This document shows, piece by piece, positions 1-11,222 of a stretch of 37,203 nucleotides of DNA. A program made the translations under genes and the position numbers. Position 1 is the stretch's first letter. Each line of letters starts with the position of its first letter. The notes under the pieces are model-generated. The model worked only from the letters and a program-made list of their open reading frames with translations. It did no database searches and was not told where the DNA came from. The DNA comes from Aquificaceae bacterium (GTDB lineage Bacteria > Aquificota > Aquificia > Aquificales > Aquificaceae). Where the stretch lies: NCBI GenBank assembly GCA_037924335.1, contig JAXSMZ010000013.1, positions 1 through 37,203 of the forward strand. The letters are read 5' to 3'.

Positions 1-659
1 ATTGGAAGCTGTGTTCTAACATAGAGGTTTTAAAGAAAGATGGCAAGTGGTATTTAAAACTTGTCTTTGAGAAAGAGGTCAAGTTAGAGAGAAAAAAGCC
101 AAAGGGCATAGATATAGGATACAGGAAGCTAATCGCTACCTCAGAGGGGGAGGTATTTGGCAAGGATGTAAGGGAGATAATAGATAAGAGGATAGAACCC
201 CAAAAGCAAGGTTCAAGAAGGTGGAAAAGGGCGAAGCACTATTTAAAGACAGAGATAAACAGGATACTCAAGGGAGTAATAGATGGCAGTTTTTCTCCTG
301 TGCTTGAAGGATTAAAGAATTTGAAGAAGGGAAAGAGAAAAGTCTGGAGTAGGGCGGTAAACAGGAGATTTAACCACTGGTTGTATGGGTATGTTATAAA
401 GAGGATAAGGGAGCTATGTGAGGTCGCTGGCGTCCAGCATTACATAGTTCCTTCTGCTTACACAAGCAGGACTTGTCCTGAGTGTGGATATCAGGACAGG
501 ATGAACCGCAAAGGGGAACATTTCAAGTGCCTACGGTGTGGATATGAAGGAGATGCGGACATAGTAGGTGCGAGGAATGTTCTTATGCGGTTCACAAGGG
601 AGCTTATAGTCTCCTTGCCTGCGAAACCTCATTCTGTGGAATATTTTTCTATGGGATGA
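1..659 (+). CDS. tnpB: TnpB RNA-guided endonuclease (IS200/IS605/IS607 superfamily), 5' end outside window
   Basis: Frame of ORF 300..659 is open back to base 3: RuvC-I GIDIG, RuvC-II VLEGL, zinc finger CPEC...CLRC, RuvC-III DADIVGARNV. Confidence 0.9.
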   Translation, partial: WKLCSNIEVLKKDGKWYLKLVFEKEVKLERKKPKGIDIGYRKLIATSEGEVFGKDVREIIDKRIEPQKQGSRRWKRAKHYLKTEINRILKGVIDGSFSPVLEGLKNLKKGKRKVWSRAVNRRFNHWLYGYVIKRIRELCEVAGVQHYIVPSAYTSRTCPECGYQDRMNRKGEHFKCLRCGYEGDADIVGARNVLMRFTRELIVSLPAKPHSVEYFSMG

Positions 660-667
660 GGAACTAT
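595..667 (+). ncRNA. Putative 3' part of omegaRNA scaffold / element right end overlapping the tnpB tail
   Basis: Hairpin 595-617 (CAAGGGAG/CTCCTTG), 15-bp hairpin 627-661 with four G-U pairs, loop ATAGT (606-610) complementary to ACTAT (663-667). Confidence 0.55.
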
Positions 668-712
668 TCGGTCTTTCTTAGGATATATTTTACTCTTAGA
701 GGAGGTAAGAGG

Positions 713-1000
713 ATGTTAAAGAAGAGCTACGTTGGAAAACAAGCATCATGTGTGGTAACCTTCGTGGTTAACTTCGAAGGCGCAAATAAGGTTGAAGTGC
801 TTGGAGATTGGAACGGTTGGCTACCTGAGCCTATGAAAAGAAAGAAGGATGGTAGCTTTTGGCTCGCAAAGAGGTTAAAAACAGGTAGGGAGTACAAGTT
901 TAAATACTTAGTGGACGGTAACAGGTGGGAGAATGACCCTAACGCTGACGGTTACGTTCCAAACCCTTACGGGTCAACAGATAGCTTGGTAAGAGTTTAG
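713..1000 (+). CDS. CBM48 / isoamylase early-set (glycogen-binding) domain protein
   Basis: VEVLGDWNGW...MKRKKDGSF...YKFKYLVDGNRWENDP; GGAGG upstream of ATG 713. Confidence 0.8.
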   Translation: MLKKSYVGKQASCVVTFVVNFEGANKVEVLGDWNGWLPEPMKRKKDGSFWLAKRLKTGREYKFKYLVDGNRWENDPNADGYVPNPYGSTDSLVRV

Positions 1001-1021
1001 CATCTATGATAGAATTAAAGC

Positions 1022-1684
1022 ATGCTTTATGTTCTACCTTCAAGCAGTGTACAGTCCAACATAGTTGGAACTTTAGAAGTCTACGATGTAAAGTTTAACA
1101 GCTTTATTCAGCTAAATCAAAAGAGAAAAGAGACCATTGAATACTTTAACCTTACATGCCCATGCATTCCTGTTTGGAGAAGGTTTAAAAACAAATTCTG
1201 GGATCATCTTCAATACTGGATTCTTCCCGAAAGCGTTAAAGAGCATATAAAGGTCAGGTCTGTTGTCCTATCCCCTGCCTTTGGTCTTTTATCTGTAGAA
1301 GACTCCATACCAAGGTACAGTTTAACTTGGAGCCATCTTCATAAAGGTATCAGACTGAAGGAATACTGGAAGGAAGATATAAGAAAAACAACGAGAGAGC
1401 TTTTTGAAAACATGAATGTGCTTCTCTTTGTTGGCAAGGGTGAGATCCCCCTTTTGGATACATCAAAGGCAAAAAGGATTGTACTTTTTGAGTACTACAG
1501 GAAAGATAAAAAGGTAAAGAACTCTCTCACACACAGAGCATACACTCTCCGATACATAGCAGAAAAAGGGATAGACATGGAGGGGCTCCATAGGATAAAC
1601 TTTTACGACTACAGTGTTTCCAGTATAGTCCAGAAGGGCAAGCTTATCAAGGTAGTCCTAAAAAGTTCTGGTGAATACATTTAA
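1022..1684 (+). CDS. YaaA-like (DUF328) protein
   Basis: LSPAFGLL...IPRYSL...LKEYWK pattern resembles YaaA family. Confidence 0.55.
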   Translation: MLYVLPSSSVQSNIVGTLEVYDVKFNSFIQLNQKRKETIEYFNLTCPCIPVWRRFKNKFWDHLQYWILPESVKEHIKVRSVVLSPAFGLLSVEDSIPRYSLTWSHLHKGIRLKEYWKEDIRKTTRELFENMNVLLFVGKGEIPLLDTSKAKRIVLFEYYRKDKKVKNSLTHRAYTLRYIAEKGIDMEGLHRINFYDYSVSSIVQKGKLIKVVLKSSGEYI

Positions 1685-1701
1685 TCTTAAGGAGGTATGA
1701 T

Positions 1702-2706
1702 ATGGATGACTTTGAGAGGTTTATCATAGATGTTGGAGAAAAGGCTCTAAAGGATGAGCCCCTAACTTTGGAAGAAGCTGTAGGAATTTTGGAGGTTCCA
1801 GATGAGTATTTGGCACTTCTCGTCTACAAGGCTCAAAAGGTAAAAGATAAATTCTTTAATCCCTCTCAAGTGGAATTCTGTTCCATCATAAACGCAAAGA
1901 GCGGTGCATGCTCTGAAGATTGTAAGTTCTGCGCCCAATCCAAACTGTACAAAACACCCATAAACGTATATCCTCTCGTTCCAAAAGATGAGATAATAGA
2001 AGGTGCATACAGAGGAGCTAACTATGGAGCTAACAGGTACTGCGTTGTGCTTAGCGGGAGGAAGGCTTCTCCAGAGGAAGTAGAAAGGATAGCAGATGCA
2101 GTTTATGAAATAAAGAAGGTGGAAAAAATACCTATAAACGTGTGCGTTTCTGCTGGAACCCTTGACGAAGAATCCCTTCTGAAACTGAAGGAAGCTGGCG
2201 TAAGGAGAGTGAACCATAACCTTGAAACTTCAGAGGATTTTTTTACAAACATTGTCACAACACATACGTGGAGGGAAAGGTACGAAACCATACTGAGAAT
2301 AAAGTCAGTTGGACTTTCCACCTGCTGTGGTGGTGTATTTGGCATGGGGGAAAGCAACAGAGACAGGGCAAGCCTTGCTTTGACTTACAGAAAGCTTCAA
2401 GTTGACTCCATCCCTTTGAACTTCCTAATGCCTATAGATGGAACGCCCTTGCAAGGCTCAAAAGTGCTGTCCCCCTTTGAAGCCATTAAGATCATAGCCA
2501 TGTTCAGGCTTTCCAATCCAAAGGCTGAGCTAAGGCTGTGCGGTGGAAGGGAGCAAACCCTTAGGGACTTTCATGGTATGGCTGCCCTTATGACCAACGC
2601 TATGATGGTAGGGGGCTATCTTACACGTGCAGGCAGGGATATAAAGAAGGACTATCAACTTCTCTCAGATATAAAAGCAAAAAGATTGGAAAATGTCCTC
2701 GAATGA
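1702..2706 (+). CDS. bioB: Biotin synthase
   Basis: Radical SAM CSEDCKFC, NHNLETS, CCGGVFGMGE, LRLCGGRE; AGGAGG SD. Confidence 0.95.
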   Translation: MDDFERFIIDVGEKALKDEPLTLEEAVGILEVPDEYLALLVYKAQKVKDKFFNPSQVEFCSIINAKSGACSEDCKFCAQSKLYKTPINVYPLVPKDEIIEGAYRGANYGANRYCVVLSGRKASPEEVERIADAVYEIKKVEKIPINVCVSAGTLDEESLLKLKEAGVRRVNHNLETSEDFFTNIVTTHTWRERYETILRIKSVGLSTCCGGVFGMGESNRDRASLALTYRKLQVDSIPLNFLMPIDGTPLQGSKVLSPFEAIKIIAMFRLSNPKAELRLCGGREQTLRDFHGMAALMTNAMMVGGYLTRAGRDIKKDYQLLSDIKAKRLENVLE

Positions 2707-3305
2707 TAGAGACAAGAACAGGTTATGAGAATATGAGAATAGACTGGGAGAACCTTCTCGCCTTAGAGAGAGGGGAGAGGATGGAACCCATTTTCAGAGT
2801 TTACAAATGGAGTGAGCCAACTGTTAGCATAGGATACTCTCAAGGTATGATGGATTTCTGTGTATCTGTTGTGAGAAGGCCAACCGGCGGTGGTGCTCTT
2901 CTTCACGGTTGGGACATATCCTTTTCCCTTACAGATTACAAGAACAGGTGGGGCGATAGCTTCACTCGCATATACAAGGAAGTTGCGGGAAGGCTAATGT
3001 ATGCTTTTAAAGGGTTTGGCATAGATGTTGAGATAAGCAGGTACAGAGGGAATTACTCGGGATATTATTGCTTTTCATTTCCCACTTTGGGTGAGCTAAG
3101 CGTAAACGGTAAAAAATTTCTGGCTTGTGCCATGAGAACTATGAACAGAGCTTTCTTACTTCAAGGGAGCATTCTTTTAAAGGTTGACCGTTCAGAGTTT
3201 AGCCATATACTGAAAGTACCAGAAGAAGATATAAGGGTTGTATCCGCAGAAGAGCTTGGGTTAAAAGAGGGTCAAATTTTGCAAGTGCTTCTCAGAAGCT
3301 TATAA
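2703..3305 (+). CDS. Lipoate-protein ligase A / octanoyltransferase family protein
   Basis: RVYKWSEPTVSIGYSQ, VVRRPTGGGALLH, NGKK. Confidence 0.8.
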   Translation: MIETRTGYENMRIDWENLLALERGERMEPIFRVYKWSEPTVSIGYSQGMMDFCVSVVRRPTGGGALLHGWDISFSLTDYKNRWGDSFTRIYKEVAGRLMYAFKGFGIDVEISRYRGNYSGYYCFSFPTLGELSVNGKKFLACAMRTMNRAFLLQGSILLKVDRSEFSHILKVPEEDIRVVSAEELGLKEGQILQVLLRSL

Positions 3306-3314
3306 TTAAATTAT

Positions 3315-5540
3315 ATGGGCAAAGTTAGATTACAGGACGTGGCAAAAGAGCTTGGTGTTGGTGTAAAGAGTGTAAAAGACTTACTCAAGAGCTATGGTAT
3401 AGAAAAAACTAACTTCTCACATCTTGAGGAAGAGGAGCTTCAGATCATATACGACAACTTTTCCGCTGAGATGGAGGAGAAAAAAGGAAACATCCCCAAA
3501 GTAGAGAAGGAAAGCTCTGCTGAGAAAAAGGTGGAAAAGCCACCAAAGGAACAGGAAAAACAGATCAGAAAAAAGCCAAAACCTCCTCTGATAGAAAAGA
3601 AGCATGTAAAACCTAAAACAGAGCAAAAGCTACACCCTCCCCCACCGGAGGCAAAGGAACAAAAGGTAGAGGAGAAGCCGAAGAAGGAAGCTCCAATTGA
3701 GAAAAAAATCTCAAAGGAAGAGCACAACATACTCAAAAAGCTCGAACAGCAGATAGAAAAGAAGAAAAAGGAAGAGAAAAAGGAAGAAATAAAGATAGTA
3801 CAGATACCAGAGGTTGTAACAGTAAGGGAGCTTTCCGAGATTCTAAACACATCGTACAACCAAGTTATGGCTGAACTTTTAAAGAAAGGGATGCTTGCTA
3901 CAATAAACCAAACCATACCCCCCGAAGTAGCTGCACAGATAGCTGAAGGAATGGGCTACCTTGCAGAAATAAAGAGAGCGGAAAAGATCGTAGAAGAAGA
4001 AGAGATAGAAGAGTCAGCACCCGAGAACATGCAACCAAGGCCACCAGTAGTTGTTGTTATGGGACATGTAGACCATGGAAAGACCACACTTCTGGATGCT
4101 GTACGTAAAACAAACGTGGCTGAAAGGGAAAAAGGAGGGATAACCCAGCATATAGGTGCCTCTGTGGTTGAGCTTCCTGACAAGAGAGCCATAACCTTCT
4201 TGGATACACCCGGACATGAGGCTTTTACATCTCTCAGGGCAAGGGGTGCGCAAGTTACAGATATAGCTGTTCTCGTTGTGGCAGCGGATGATGGGGTTAT
4301 GCCTCAAACTGTTGAAGCAATAAACCATGCAAAAGCTTTCAACGTACCAGTAATAGTAGCAGTTAACAAGATAGATAAACCGGGAGCAGACCCTCAGAAA
4401 GTTAGGAGGGAGCTCTCAGAGCTAGGACTGATACCAGAAGAGTGGGGAGGGGACACCATATTTGTAGATGTATCTGCAAAGACGGGCAAAAATATAGACC
4501 AACTTCTTGAGTACATACTTCTCCTTGCTGAGATGCTTGAACTCAAAGCAGATCCAACTAAGAAGGCAAAGGGTACCGTTATAGAATCGAGGCTTGACAA
4601 GCAAAGGGGGATAGTAGCCACCATGTTGGTTCAGGACGGAACCTTAAGCGTAGGTGATGTCTTTGTTGTTGGCACTACACATGGAAAGGTAAGAGCCATG
4701 TTTGATGATAAAGGAAGAAGGTTAAAATTTGCAGGACCGTCCACACCCGTTGAAGTCCTTGGCTTTGAAGAACTGCCCATGGCTGGGGATGTATTTAGAG
4801 TTGTAAGCGATGAGAAGACTGCAAGGCACATATCAGAAGTTAAAAGGCTCCAAAAGGAACGTATGGAAAAAGTATCGAAGGGATTGATGCTCGAGGATAT
4901 CTTCAAGAAAATACAGGAAGGAGAGATAAAGGAGCTGAGATTTATAGTAAAGGCAGATACAGTTGGTTCCTTAGAAGCTCTCAAAAAATCCCTTTCTGAG
5001 CTCTCAACTCAGGATGTTTCTGTGAGAATAATACACAGCGATGTAGGTGGTATAACGGAAAACGATGTGATGCTTGCAAAAGCGAGCAATGCCATCATAA
5101 TAGGTTTCAACACAAGGCCGGATGTAAAGGCAAGGGATATGGCAGAGAAGGAAAAGGTTGACCTGAGATTGTACGGCATAATCTACGAAGTGATAGAGGA
5201 TGTAAAGAAGGCTCTAAAAGGTATGCTAAAACCTATAGAGAAAGAAGTGGTTCTTGGCTCCGCTGAGGTAAGAGCTGTGTTTAAGATAAAAGGAGTAGGA
5301 AACGTAGCAGGCTCTTATGTCCTCAATGGAAAGGTTCTAAGAAATGCAAAAGCAAGACTTATAAGAAACGGTGTAGTTATCTACGACGGTAGGATAGAGG
5401 GGCTAAAAAGGTTCAAGGATGATGTTCAGGAAGTGGCAAGAGGTTTTGAATGCGGAATAAAGCTAAAAGATTACAACGATATAAAGGTGGGTGATGTTGT
5501 AGAATGCTACGAAATAAAACTGGAAGAAGCACAGCTCTGA
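3315..5540 (+). CDS. infB: Translation initiation factor IF-2
   Basis: [40 protein letters not shown]. Confidence 0.98.
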   Translation: MGKVRLQDVAKELGVGVKSVKDLLKSYGIEKTNFSHLEEEELQIIYDNFSAEMEEKKGNIPKVEKESSAEKKVEKPPKEQEKQIRKKPKPPLIEKKHVKPKTEQKLHPPPPEAKEQKVEEKPKKEAPIEKKISKEEHNILKKLEQQIEKKKKEEKKEEIKIVQIPEVVTVRELSEILNTSYNQVMAELLKKGMLATINQTIPPEVAAQIAEGMGYLAEIKRAEKIVEEEEIEESAPENMQPRPPVVVVMGHVDHGKTTLLDAVRKTNVAEREKGGITQHIGASVVELPDKRAITFLDTPGHEAFTSLRARGAQVTDIAVLVVAADDGVMPQTVEAINHAKAFNVPVIVAVNKIDKPGADPQKVRRELSELGLIPEEWGGDTIFVDVSAKTGKNIDQLLEYILLLAEMLELKADPTKKAKGTVIESRLDKQRGIVATMLVQDGTLSVGDVFVVGTTHGKVRAMFDDKGRRLKFAGPSTPVEVLGFEELPMAGDVFRVVSDEKTARHISEVKRLQKERMEKVSKGLMLEDIFKKIQEGEIKELRFIVKADTVGSLEALKKSLSELSTQDVSVRIIHSDVGGITENDVMLAKASNAIIIGFNTRPDVKARDMAEKEKVDLRLYGIIYEVIEDVKKALKGMLKPIEKEVVLGSAEVRAVFKIKGVGNVAGSYVLNGKVLRNAKARLIRNGVVIYDGRIEGLKRFKDDVQEVARGFECGIKLKDYNDIKVGDVVECYEIKLEEAQL

Positions 5541-6157
5541 ACATAAATGATGTCTACACAAGCGTACAAGGAGAAGGCATCTTTGTCGGTACTCCTTGCA
5601 TATTTGTGAGATTCCAAGGATGTAATCTGAGGTGTCCTTGGTGTGATGAGCCTTCCTCTCTCTCTTTTACCAATAGAGAAAGGCATTTAGAAGACATAAT
5701 GGATGAGATAGAAGCTTACCCACACAAGCATGTGGTTTTGACAGGGGGTGAACCCTTTGCCCAACATAACCTGTACAAAATAGTCTCTGAACTCCTTAAC
5801 AGGGGTTACTTTGTGCAGATAGAGACCAACGGAACCCTTTGGAACAAAGACCTTGAAAGTATAGCGCATGATATACACATAACGTGTTCTCCCAAATGGA
5901 CAGCTGGTTTTTATGTTCATCCAAAGATACTCCTTCACCTCAAAGAGCTCAAGTTTGTGGTTGACGATGTTTTTTCTGCCAGCGTCTTAAGGGAAAAGTT
6001 TATCTCCTTTCTTAAAAAGGGATGCGTTATTTTACAACCTGAGAGCAACAAACCAGAGTTTTTGTACAAAGCCCTATCGATTCAAGAGACCTTGCTAAAG
6101 GATGGGTATAAAGTCAGAGTCATACCACAGGTTCATAAGGTCATTGGCTTAAAGTGA
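5504..6157 (+). CDS. queE: 7-carboxy-7-deazaguanine synthase
   Basis: [32 protein letters not shown]; exact start uncertain (overlaps infB). Confidence 0.88.
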   Translation: MLRNKTGRSTALNINDVYTSVQGEGIFVGTPCIFVRFQGCNLRCPWCDEPSSLSFTNRERHLEDIMDEIEAYPHKHVVLTGGEPFAQHNLYKIVSELLNRGYFVQIETNGTLWNKDLESIAHDIHITCSPKWTAGFYVHPKILLHLKELKFVVDDVFSASVLREKFISFLKKGCVILQPESNKPEFLYKALSIQETLLKDGYKVRVIPQVHKVIGLK

Positions 6158-7328
6158 GCTGTTTATTACTGCTGGGGAAGAAATAATCCACTATAGACAT
6201 GTACAGAGCATAAGCAAACCTATCTTGGAAGTTTTCAGACGACATGAGCGTAGCCTCATCTGGGTTTGTTATGAAACCTGTTTCTACAAGCACCGATGGT
6301 ATTCCTGGAGTTTTTAGCACAGCAAAACCAGCTCTCTGTATACCCTTAAAAGCAACCTCCCTTCCAAGCTCCCTTGCAACACTTTTTGCTATCCTTTCAC
6401 CAAAGGAAACGCTTTCATAAAGCGTTACATCCATAGCTAAGTCTGCAAGAACTACTTTTGTGTTTGTTGAAACATCAGAATTGCCAAGTACAAGCTTTGC
6501 ATAACTGTCGTTGTTTATTATCTGCTGTTTCTTTCTTCTGGCTGCCTCCTGAGATATGGCAAAAACATAGGTTCCGCTCGCATGATGGGATATGCCGCTT
6601 GGTGAGGCATTGGCATGTATGCTTATGAATATGTCAGCCCTGCTTCTTAGAGCTATGCGTGCCCTTTCTTCAAGAGGTACAAAATAGTCACCGTTCCTTG
6701 TCATAAGCACTTTAAACCTTCCATCCTTCCTCAGATAATCAGCCAACTTCTTGGCTATTGCTAAGTTTATATCCTTCTCCTTTATCCCCTCGTAGCCTAT
6801 AGCCCCGGGGTCATGCCCACCATGCCCAGCATCAAGGACTATTATCCTCTTCTGCGTTATGACAGTACCTTTCTTTCGTTCACTTATAAGCCTTTCCTTA
6901 TCTTCAGCTTTGTACTGTATGACCTTAAGAACTGTTGGGTCAAGTATGGCTATTAGCTCATCATCCTGCGCTAAACCCTTATCTCCTTCTTTAAAAAGGT
7001 CTATAACTATTCTGAAAGGGTCATCCAGAGAAAAGGCTTTCACTGTTGTAAAATCCCTTTCAAAAACAACCCTTGTTCCCCAGTCGTACTTTCCAACTCT
7101 GTACTTTATACCCTTAGGCATCTTTAGGCTGGATTCTCCTTGAGAGAACACATCCACCACTATCCTTTTTGGGTTTTCAAGCACAAAGACCTTGTAATCT
7201 TTTCTATCTCCTAGGTCCAAAACTATCCTCTCCCTATCCCCATAGTTCCCATACCTTACCGTCAGCACTTGGCCAAAGGAAAAAAAGTAAGAAAACAGGC
7301 TAAAAATTATTAAAATCCTCAGGTACAT
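6141..7328 (-). CDS. N-acetylmuramoyl-L-alanine amidase (AMIN + amidase_3)
   Basis: Signal-peptide-like N-terminus, LENPKRIVVD, LDAGHGGHDPGA, FISIHANA, VLVETGFITN. Confidence 0.92.
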   Translation of the reverse strand: MYLRILIIFSLFSYFFSFGQVLTVRYGNYGDRERIVLDLGDRKDYKVFVLENPKRIVVDVFSQGESSLKMPKGIKYRVGKYDWGTRVVFERDFTTVKAFSLDDPFRIVIDLFKEGDKGLAQDDELIAILDPTVLKVIQYKAEDKERLISERKKGTVITQKRIIVLDAGHGGHDPGAIGYEGIKEKDINLAIAKKLADYLRKDGRFKVLMTRNGDYFVPLEERARIALRSRADIFISIHANASPSGISHHASGTYVFAISQEAARRKKQQIINNDSYAKLVLGNSDVSTNTKVVLADLAMDVTLYESVSFGERIAKSVARELGREVAFKGIQRAGFAVLKTPGIPSVLVETGFITNPDEATLMSSENFQDRFAYALYMSIVDYFFPSSNKQLTLSQ

Positions 7329-8958
7329 GCACCACCTCCTCTACTTCCTCCTTCTTTGTCGCCCAGGGCGGCTTTGGAAACCTAAGCACTATAGGGCTTG
7401 GTATGTCTGGTTGATAGAGTATCATTGTACCCTTTTTGAGCATTATGGCTCTATGCTTAAAACCACCCATTAAAAACTCATACTCTTTGCTAAGGACCTC
7501 ACTGCTGTCTATCCTACCGACAACCTTTATGGCTGAGTTGGCAAGAATTCTCTTCTCTATCTCGCTCGCAGTTTGCTGCGCTCCTATCAGGATCACACCG
7601 AGACTCCTTCCCCTCTCTGCTATATCAAGGATTATGTCCTTTATTGGACTCCATTCATCTTTCGGTGCATACTTGTTTAGCTCATCAAGAACCACAAAAA
7701 GCCTTGGATAAGGCTTGGACATATCCTCCTTCTCTTTAAAGACTTTTTTAAGTAGAGCGCCAACTACGAACATCTTGGCTATGCTATGGAGTCCACTTAT
7801 ATCAACAACGGATAGCTTATGTTCTCTCCACCTTACTGCATTAGAATCCCCTTCCCTTACCAATCTTTTAACATAAATGCTTGCCCTGTGAAACCTCCTC
7901 ATAAAGGCATAAGCTGTCTGAAGTGGAGAGTCCCCAAACCACTCTTTGTAAAGGGAAGATGCCCTATCCTGTTCCTTATCCTGAATGGCTTCCTCAAGGA
8001 CCTTCTCAAGGTCTTCTAAGCTCTCCATGTCTCTACCAAACCTGTCTATAAGCCTCCCTGATGGGCTATGCGCTGCAAGATTGTAAAGCTTGTTTGCCAC
8101 CTTATCTATGGCATAGTTTATGTTGGACATTCCTTCATCACCCTCTACAAACATGAACTTTATAAGCCCTTCCTGTGCAAACTCCCTCATACTCCAGTAG
8201 AAGGGGACAATCTTCTTATCCTGCCTCTCACAGTCTGGCACTTTTGGATTGTTCTCTTGAGGTGGAACATAGAATGTCACATCCTTAAAAGGTTCGGGTT
8301 TTAGCCCCATTTTCTTAAAAGAATCCATGTCCTCTTGAGAGAAATTCTTATTCTTCTTGTCTATCCATAAGAGGTCCTTACCCTTCACGTTAAAGATAAG
8401 ACCATGAACACCATTTTTTACATCATCAGCTTTGCTTAGCAAAGAGTATAGAAGAAAAAGGGCATAAGAGGTCTTTGTGGCTATACCCGACATGCCAGAT
8501 ATGCTAACGTGAGCTCCTTCTTTTCCATTTATAAAATGGTAGTTTATGTAAACAGGGTTCCCGCTTCTCGTTAAACCAGCAGGTATCTTTACATTCATCT
8601 GGTCATAGTAAAGGGACTTTTCAAAATGCACTCCAGAAGCTTTGAAAACGCTATCCCCTGGTCCTGGCGGTAGGAAAACTTCAGGCTCTATCCTTGTGAC
8701 GCTCACCCTTGCTATGTAAGCTACGCTGACTGGTATGATGCCTTTGCTGACAAGATGAGCATCGTAAACAGATTCTGCCCCTTCTAAAAACTTGTGAACT
8801 TCCTGAACTACACCGTAGAATATGACCCTATTCTTCCCCACTTGGGACTCTATGTAAACAACATCGTCAAGCTCCAACAGGCTATCCTCTTTTATACCTA
8901 TCCAAAACTCAAGGGGTGTTATTGGCTTTGTCCCTAAAACTATGCCTACATGTTCCAT
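7300..8958 (-). CDS. HerA-like ATPase (HAS barrel + P-loop)
   Basis: [15 protein letters not shown]alker A variant, VVLDELNKY Walker [15 protein letters not shown]. Confidence 0.8.
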   Translation of the reverse strand: MEHVGIVLGTKPITPLEFWIGIKEDSLLELDDVVYIESQVGKNRVIFYGVVQEVHKFLEGAESVYDAHLVSKGIIPVSVAYIARVSVTRIEPEVFLPPGPGDSVFKASGVHFEKSLYYDQMNVKIPAGLTRSGNPVYINYHFINGKEGAHVSISGMSGIATKTSYALFLLYSLLSKADDVKNGVHGLIFNVKGKDLLWIDKKNKNFSQEDMDSFKKMGLKPEPFKDVTFYVPPQENNPKVPDCERQDKKIVPFYWSMREFAQEGLIKFMFVEGDEGMSNINYAIDKVANKLYNLAAHSPSGRLIDRFGRDMESLEDLEKVLEEAIQDKEQDRASSLYKEWFGDSPLQTAYAFMRRFHRASIYVKRLVREGDSNAVRWREHKLSVVDISGLHSIAKMFVVGALLKKVFKEKEDMSKPYPRLFVVLDELNKYAPKDEWSPIKDIILDIAERGRSLGVILIGAQQTASEIEKRILANSAIKVVGRIDSSEVLSKEYEFLMGGFKHRAIMLKKGTMILYQPDIPSPIVLRFPKPPWATKKEEVEEVVHVPEDFNNF

Positions 8959-9860
8959 CCGTAAACCTCCCTCAGTATTTCTCCTGCACCCTTCTCAAGG
9001 AGCTCCTTAGCAAGTTCTTTGCCTATGCTTTCAGCTCTGTGGACACCTCCGCTCCTCATTCCTTCTATAAATTTAATCCCTTCCAAGTCTGATACAAAGC
9101 CTTTTAAAAAAATTTGGTCATCCCCAATCCAAGAGTAAGCACCTATGGGAACCTGACATCCCCCTTGCAGTTCTCCCAAGAAGGACCTCTCACACATAGC
9201 CCTGACCCTGCTTGGTTTGTGGTCAAGTGCGCTCACTATCTTTAAAACCCTCTCATCCTCCTCTCTCGCCTCAATGGCCAAAGACCCCTGCCCTACAGCT
9301 GGAATAAAATCATCAAGCACCTGAACTATCCTATCCTCAAAGCCCATCCTTTTCACACCAGCATAAGCCAGCACTATAGCATCGTACATACCCTCATCAA
9401 GCTTTCTGACCCTTGTATCCACGTTCCCCCTTAGCAGACTCGTACATAGGTCTTTCCTCCTTCTTTTTATCTGTACTTGCCTTCTCAGAGATGATGTTCC
9501 TATGCGTGCACCTTCTGGTAAGTCTTGGAATCTTCTTCCATCCCTTGAGATGAGGACATCAAAGGGGTTCTCCCTCTCAGTTATAGCTCCCAAAGTTAGA
9601 CCTTCTGGAAGAACCATAGGTACATCCTTAAGGGAGTGGACTGCAAGGTCTATTTCTTTTCTCAAAAGGGCTTCCTCTATCTCTTTAACAAAAAGTCCCT
9701 TACCACCGACTTTCGCCAAGGGAACATCAAGCATCTTATCACCAGATGTTGTTATAAGTACAAGCTCTACATCATTCCCAAGCCTTTCCAACTCTTCTTT
9801 TATGTAATTTGCTTGCCAGAGAGCCAGTTTGCTTTTGCGAGTACCTATTCTAAGCTTCAT
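8946..9860 (-). CDS. hemC: Hydroxymethylbilane synthase (porphobilinogen deaminase)
   Basis: [41 protein letters not shown]; start placed at ATG 9860. Confidence 0.96.
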   Translation of the reverse strand: MKLRIGTRKSKLALWQANYIKEELERLGNDVELVLITTSGDKMLDVPLAKVGGKGLFVKEIEEALLRKEIDLAVHSLKDVPMVLPEGLTLGAITERENPFDVLISRDGRRFQDLPEGARIGTSSLRRQVQIKRRRKDLCTSLLRGNVDTRVRKLDEGMYDAIVLAYAGVKRMGFEDRIVQVLDDFIPAVGQGSLAIEAREEDERVLKIVSALDHKPSRVRAMCERSFLGELQGGCQVPIGAYSWIGDDQIFLKGFVSDLEGIKFIEGMRSGGVHRAESIGKELAKELLEKGAGEILREVYGWNM

Positions 9861-9881
9861 GGAAGACATTATAATTTATTC
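9861..9881. promoter_or_regulatory. Shared bidirectional -10 region for hemC and bioA
   Basis: Palindromic ATTATAAT (9868-9875) gives TATAAT on both strands, 7 nt from hemC ATG and 6 nt from bioA ATG. Confidence 0.6.
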
Positions 9882-11222
9882 ATGCTTGACCTTTCTGTTC
9901 TCGACAAATGGGACAAGGAGTACTTTTGGCATCCCTTTACACAGATGAAGGTTTACAGAGAAGAGGAGAATTTAATATTCGAAAGGGGAGAAGGTATCTA
10001 CCTTTACGATGTAAAAGGGAGAAAGTACATAGACGCTATATCTTCCCTTTGGTGCAACGTGCATGGACATAATCATCCTAAGATAAACTCAGCCATCTTG
10101 GAGCAGTTAAAAAGAGTAGCACACACAACAACGCTGGGAAGTTCCAACGTGCCTGCCATAATCTTGGCAAAAAAGCTCGTGGACATAGTACCAGAAGGTC
10201 TAAAAAAGGTCTTTTACTCGGAGGATGGGTCTGAGGCAGTTGAAATTGCCATAAAGATCTCATACCACTACTGGGTAAATAAGGGTGAAAGGAGGAAAAC
10301 TTTTATAACTCTATCTGAAGCTTACCATGGAGATACCATCGGCGCTGTAAGCGTTGGTGGAATTGAGCTTTTCCATGGAACCTACAAATACCTTCTCTTT
10401 GATGCAATAAAGCTCCCATCTCCTTATCTATTCTGTAAAGAAAAATACGGAAGGCTCTGTGATGAATGTAAAGATGAGCTTTTGAGGATGTTGGAAGGTG
10501 TCTTGAAAGAGAGGGACGATGTGGTGGCTGTTGTGCTCGAGTCTGGAATCCAGGCTGCAGCTGGCATGCTACCCTATCCTAAGGGTTTTTTAAAGGGTGT
10601 GAGGGAACTAACAAGAAGACATAACGTGCTTTTTATACTGGATGAGGTGGCCACTGGATTTGGAAGGACTGGCAGCATGTTTTACTGTGAGCAAGAGGAC
10701 GTCACTCCAGACCTTATGTGTATTGGAAAAGGCTTAACTGGTGGATATCTACCCCTTGCTGCTACTTTGACAACGGAAGATGTCTTCGATGCCTTTCTTG
10801 GTGAGTTTGGAGAGGGCAAACATTTTTATCATGGGCATACATACACTGGCAACAACTTGGCCTGTGCTGCTGCCATAGCAAACCTGGATATATTCGAAAG
10901 TGATAAAACCCTTGAAAATCTCAAGCCAAAAATAGAGTACCTAAAGGAAGGGTTAAAGGAGTTTGAAAAGCTTGAACATGTTGGGGACGTAAGACAGCTT
11001 GGGTTTATGGCTGGAATTGAACTTGTAAAGGATAAAAGCAGTGGTAAACTCTTCCCTTACGGAGAAAGAACGGGCTTTAAAGTAGCATACAAGTGCAGAG
11101 AAAGGGGGGTCTTTCTCAGACCCCTTGGCGATGTTATGGTTCTTATGATGCCCCTTGTCATACCCTTTGAAGACATGGAAAGAGTGTTAGAAACTCTAAA
11201 GTGGGCTATTGAGAGCTTGTGA
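9882..11222 (+). CDS. bioA: Adenosylmethionine-8-amino-7-oxononanoate aminotransferase
   Basis: WHPFTQM, SSLWCNVHGH, YHGDT, DEVATGFGRTG, GKGLTGGY; start placed at ATG 9882. Confidence 0.95.
   Translation: MLDLSVLDKWDKEYFWHPFTQMKVYREEENLIFERGEGIYLYDVKGRKYIDAISSLWCNVHGHNHPKINSAILEQLKRVAHTTTLGSSNVPAIILAKKLVDIVPEGLKKVFYSEDGSEAVEIAIKISYHYWVNKGERRKTFITLSEAYHGDTIGAVSVGGIELFHGTYKYLLFDAIKLPSPYLFCKEKYGRLCDECKDELLRMLEGVLKERDDVVAVVLESGIQAAAGMLPYPKGFLKGVRELTRRHNVLFILDEVATGFGRTGSMFYCEQEDVTPDLMCIGKGLTGGYLPLAATLTTEDVFDAFLGEFGEGKHFYHGHTYTGNNLACAAAIANLDIFESDKTLENLKPKIEYLKEGLKEFEKLEHVGDVRQLGFMAGIELVKDKSSGKLFPYGERTGFKVAYKCRERGVFLRPLGDVMVLMMPLVIPFEDMERVLETLKWAIESL

Noticed and set aside
656..712. Longer start for the CBM48 gene at 656
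   Set aside because: Lies within the tnpB end hairpin; the SD supports ATG 713
3470..3800. Lys/Glu/Pro-rich low-complexity stretch in infB
   Set aside because: Normal variable IF-2 N-terminal region, not a DNA repeat array
9636..9881. N-terminal extension of BioA
   Set aside because: Overlaps hemC on the other strand; BioA similarity begins at ATG 9882
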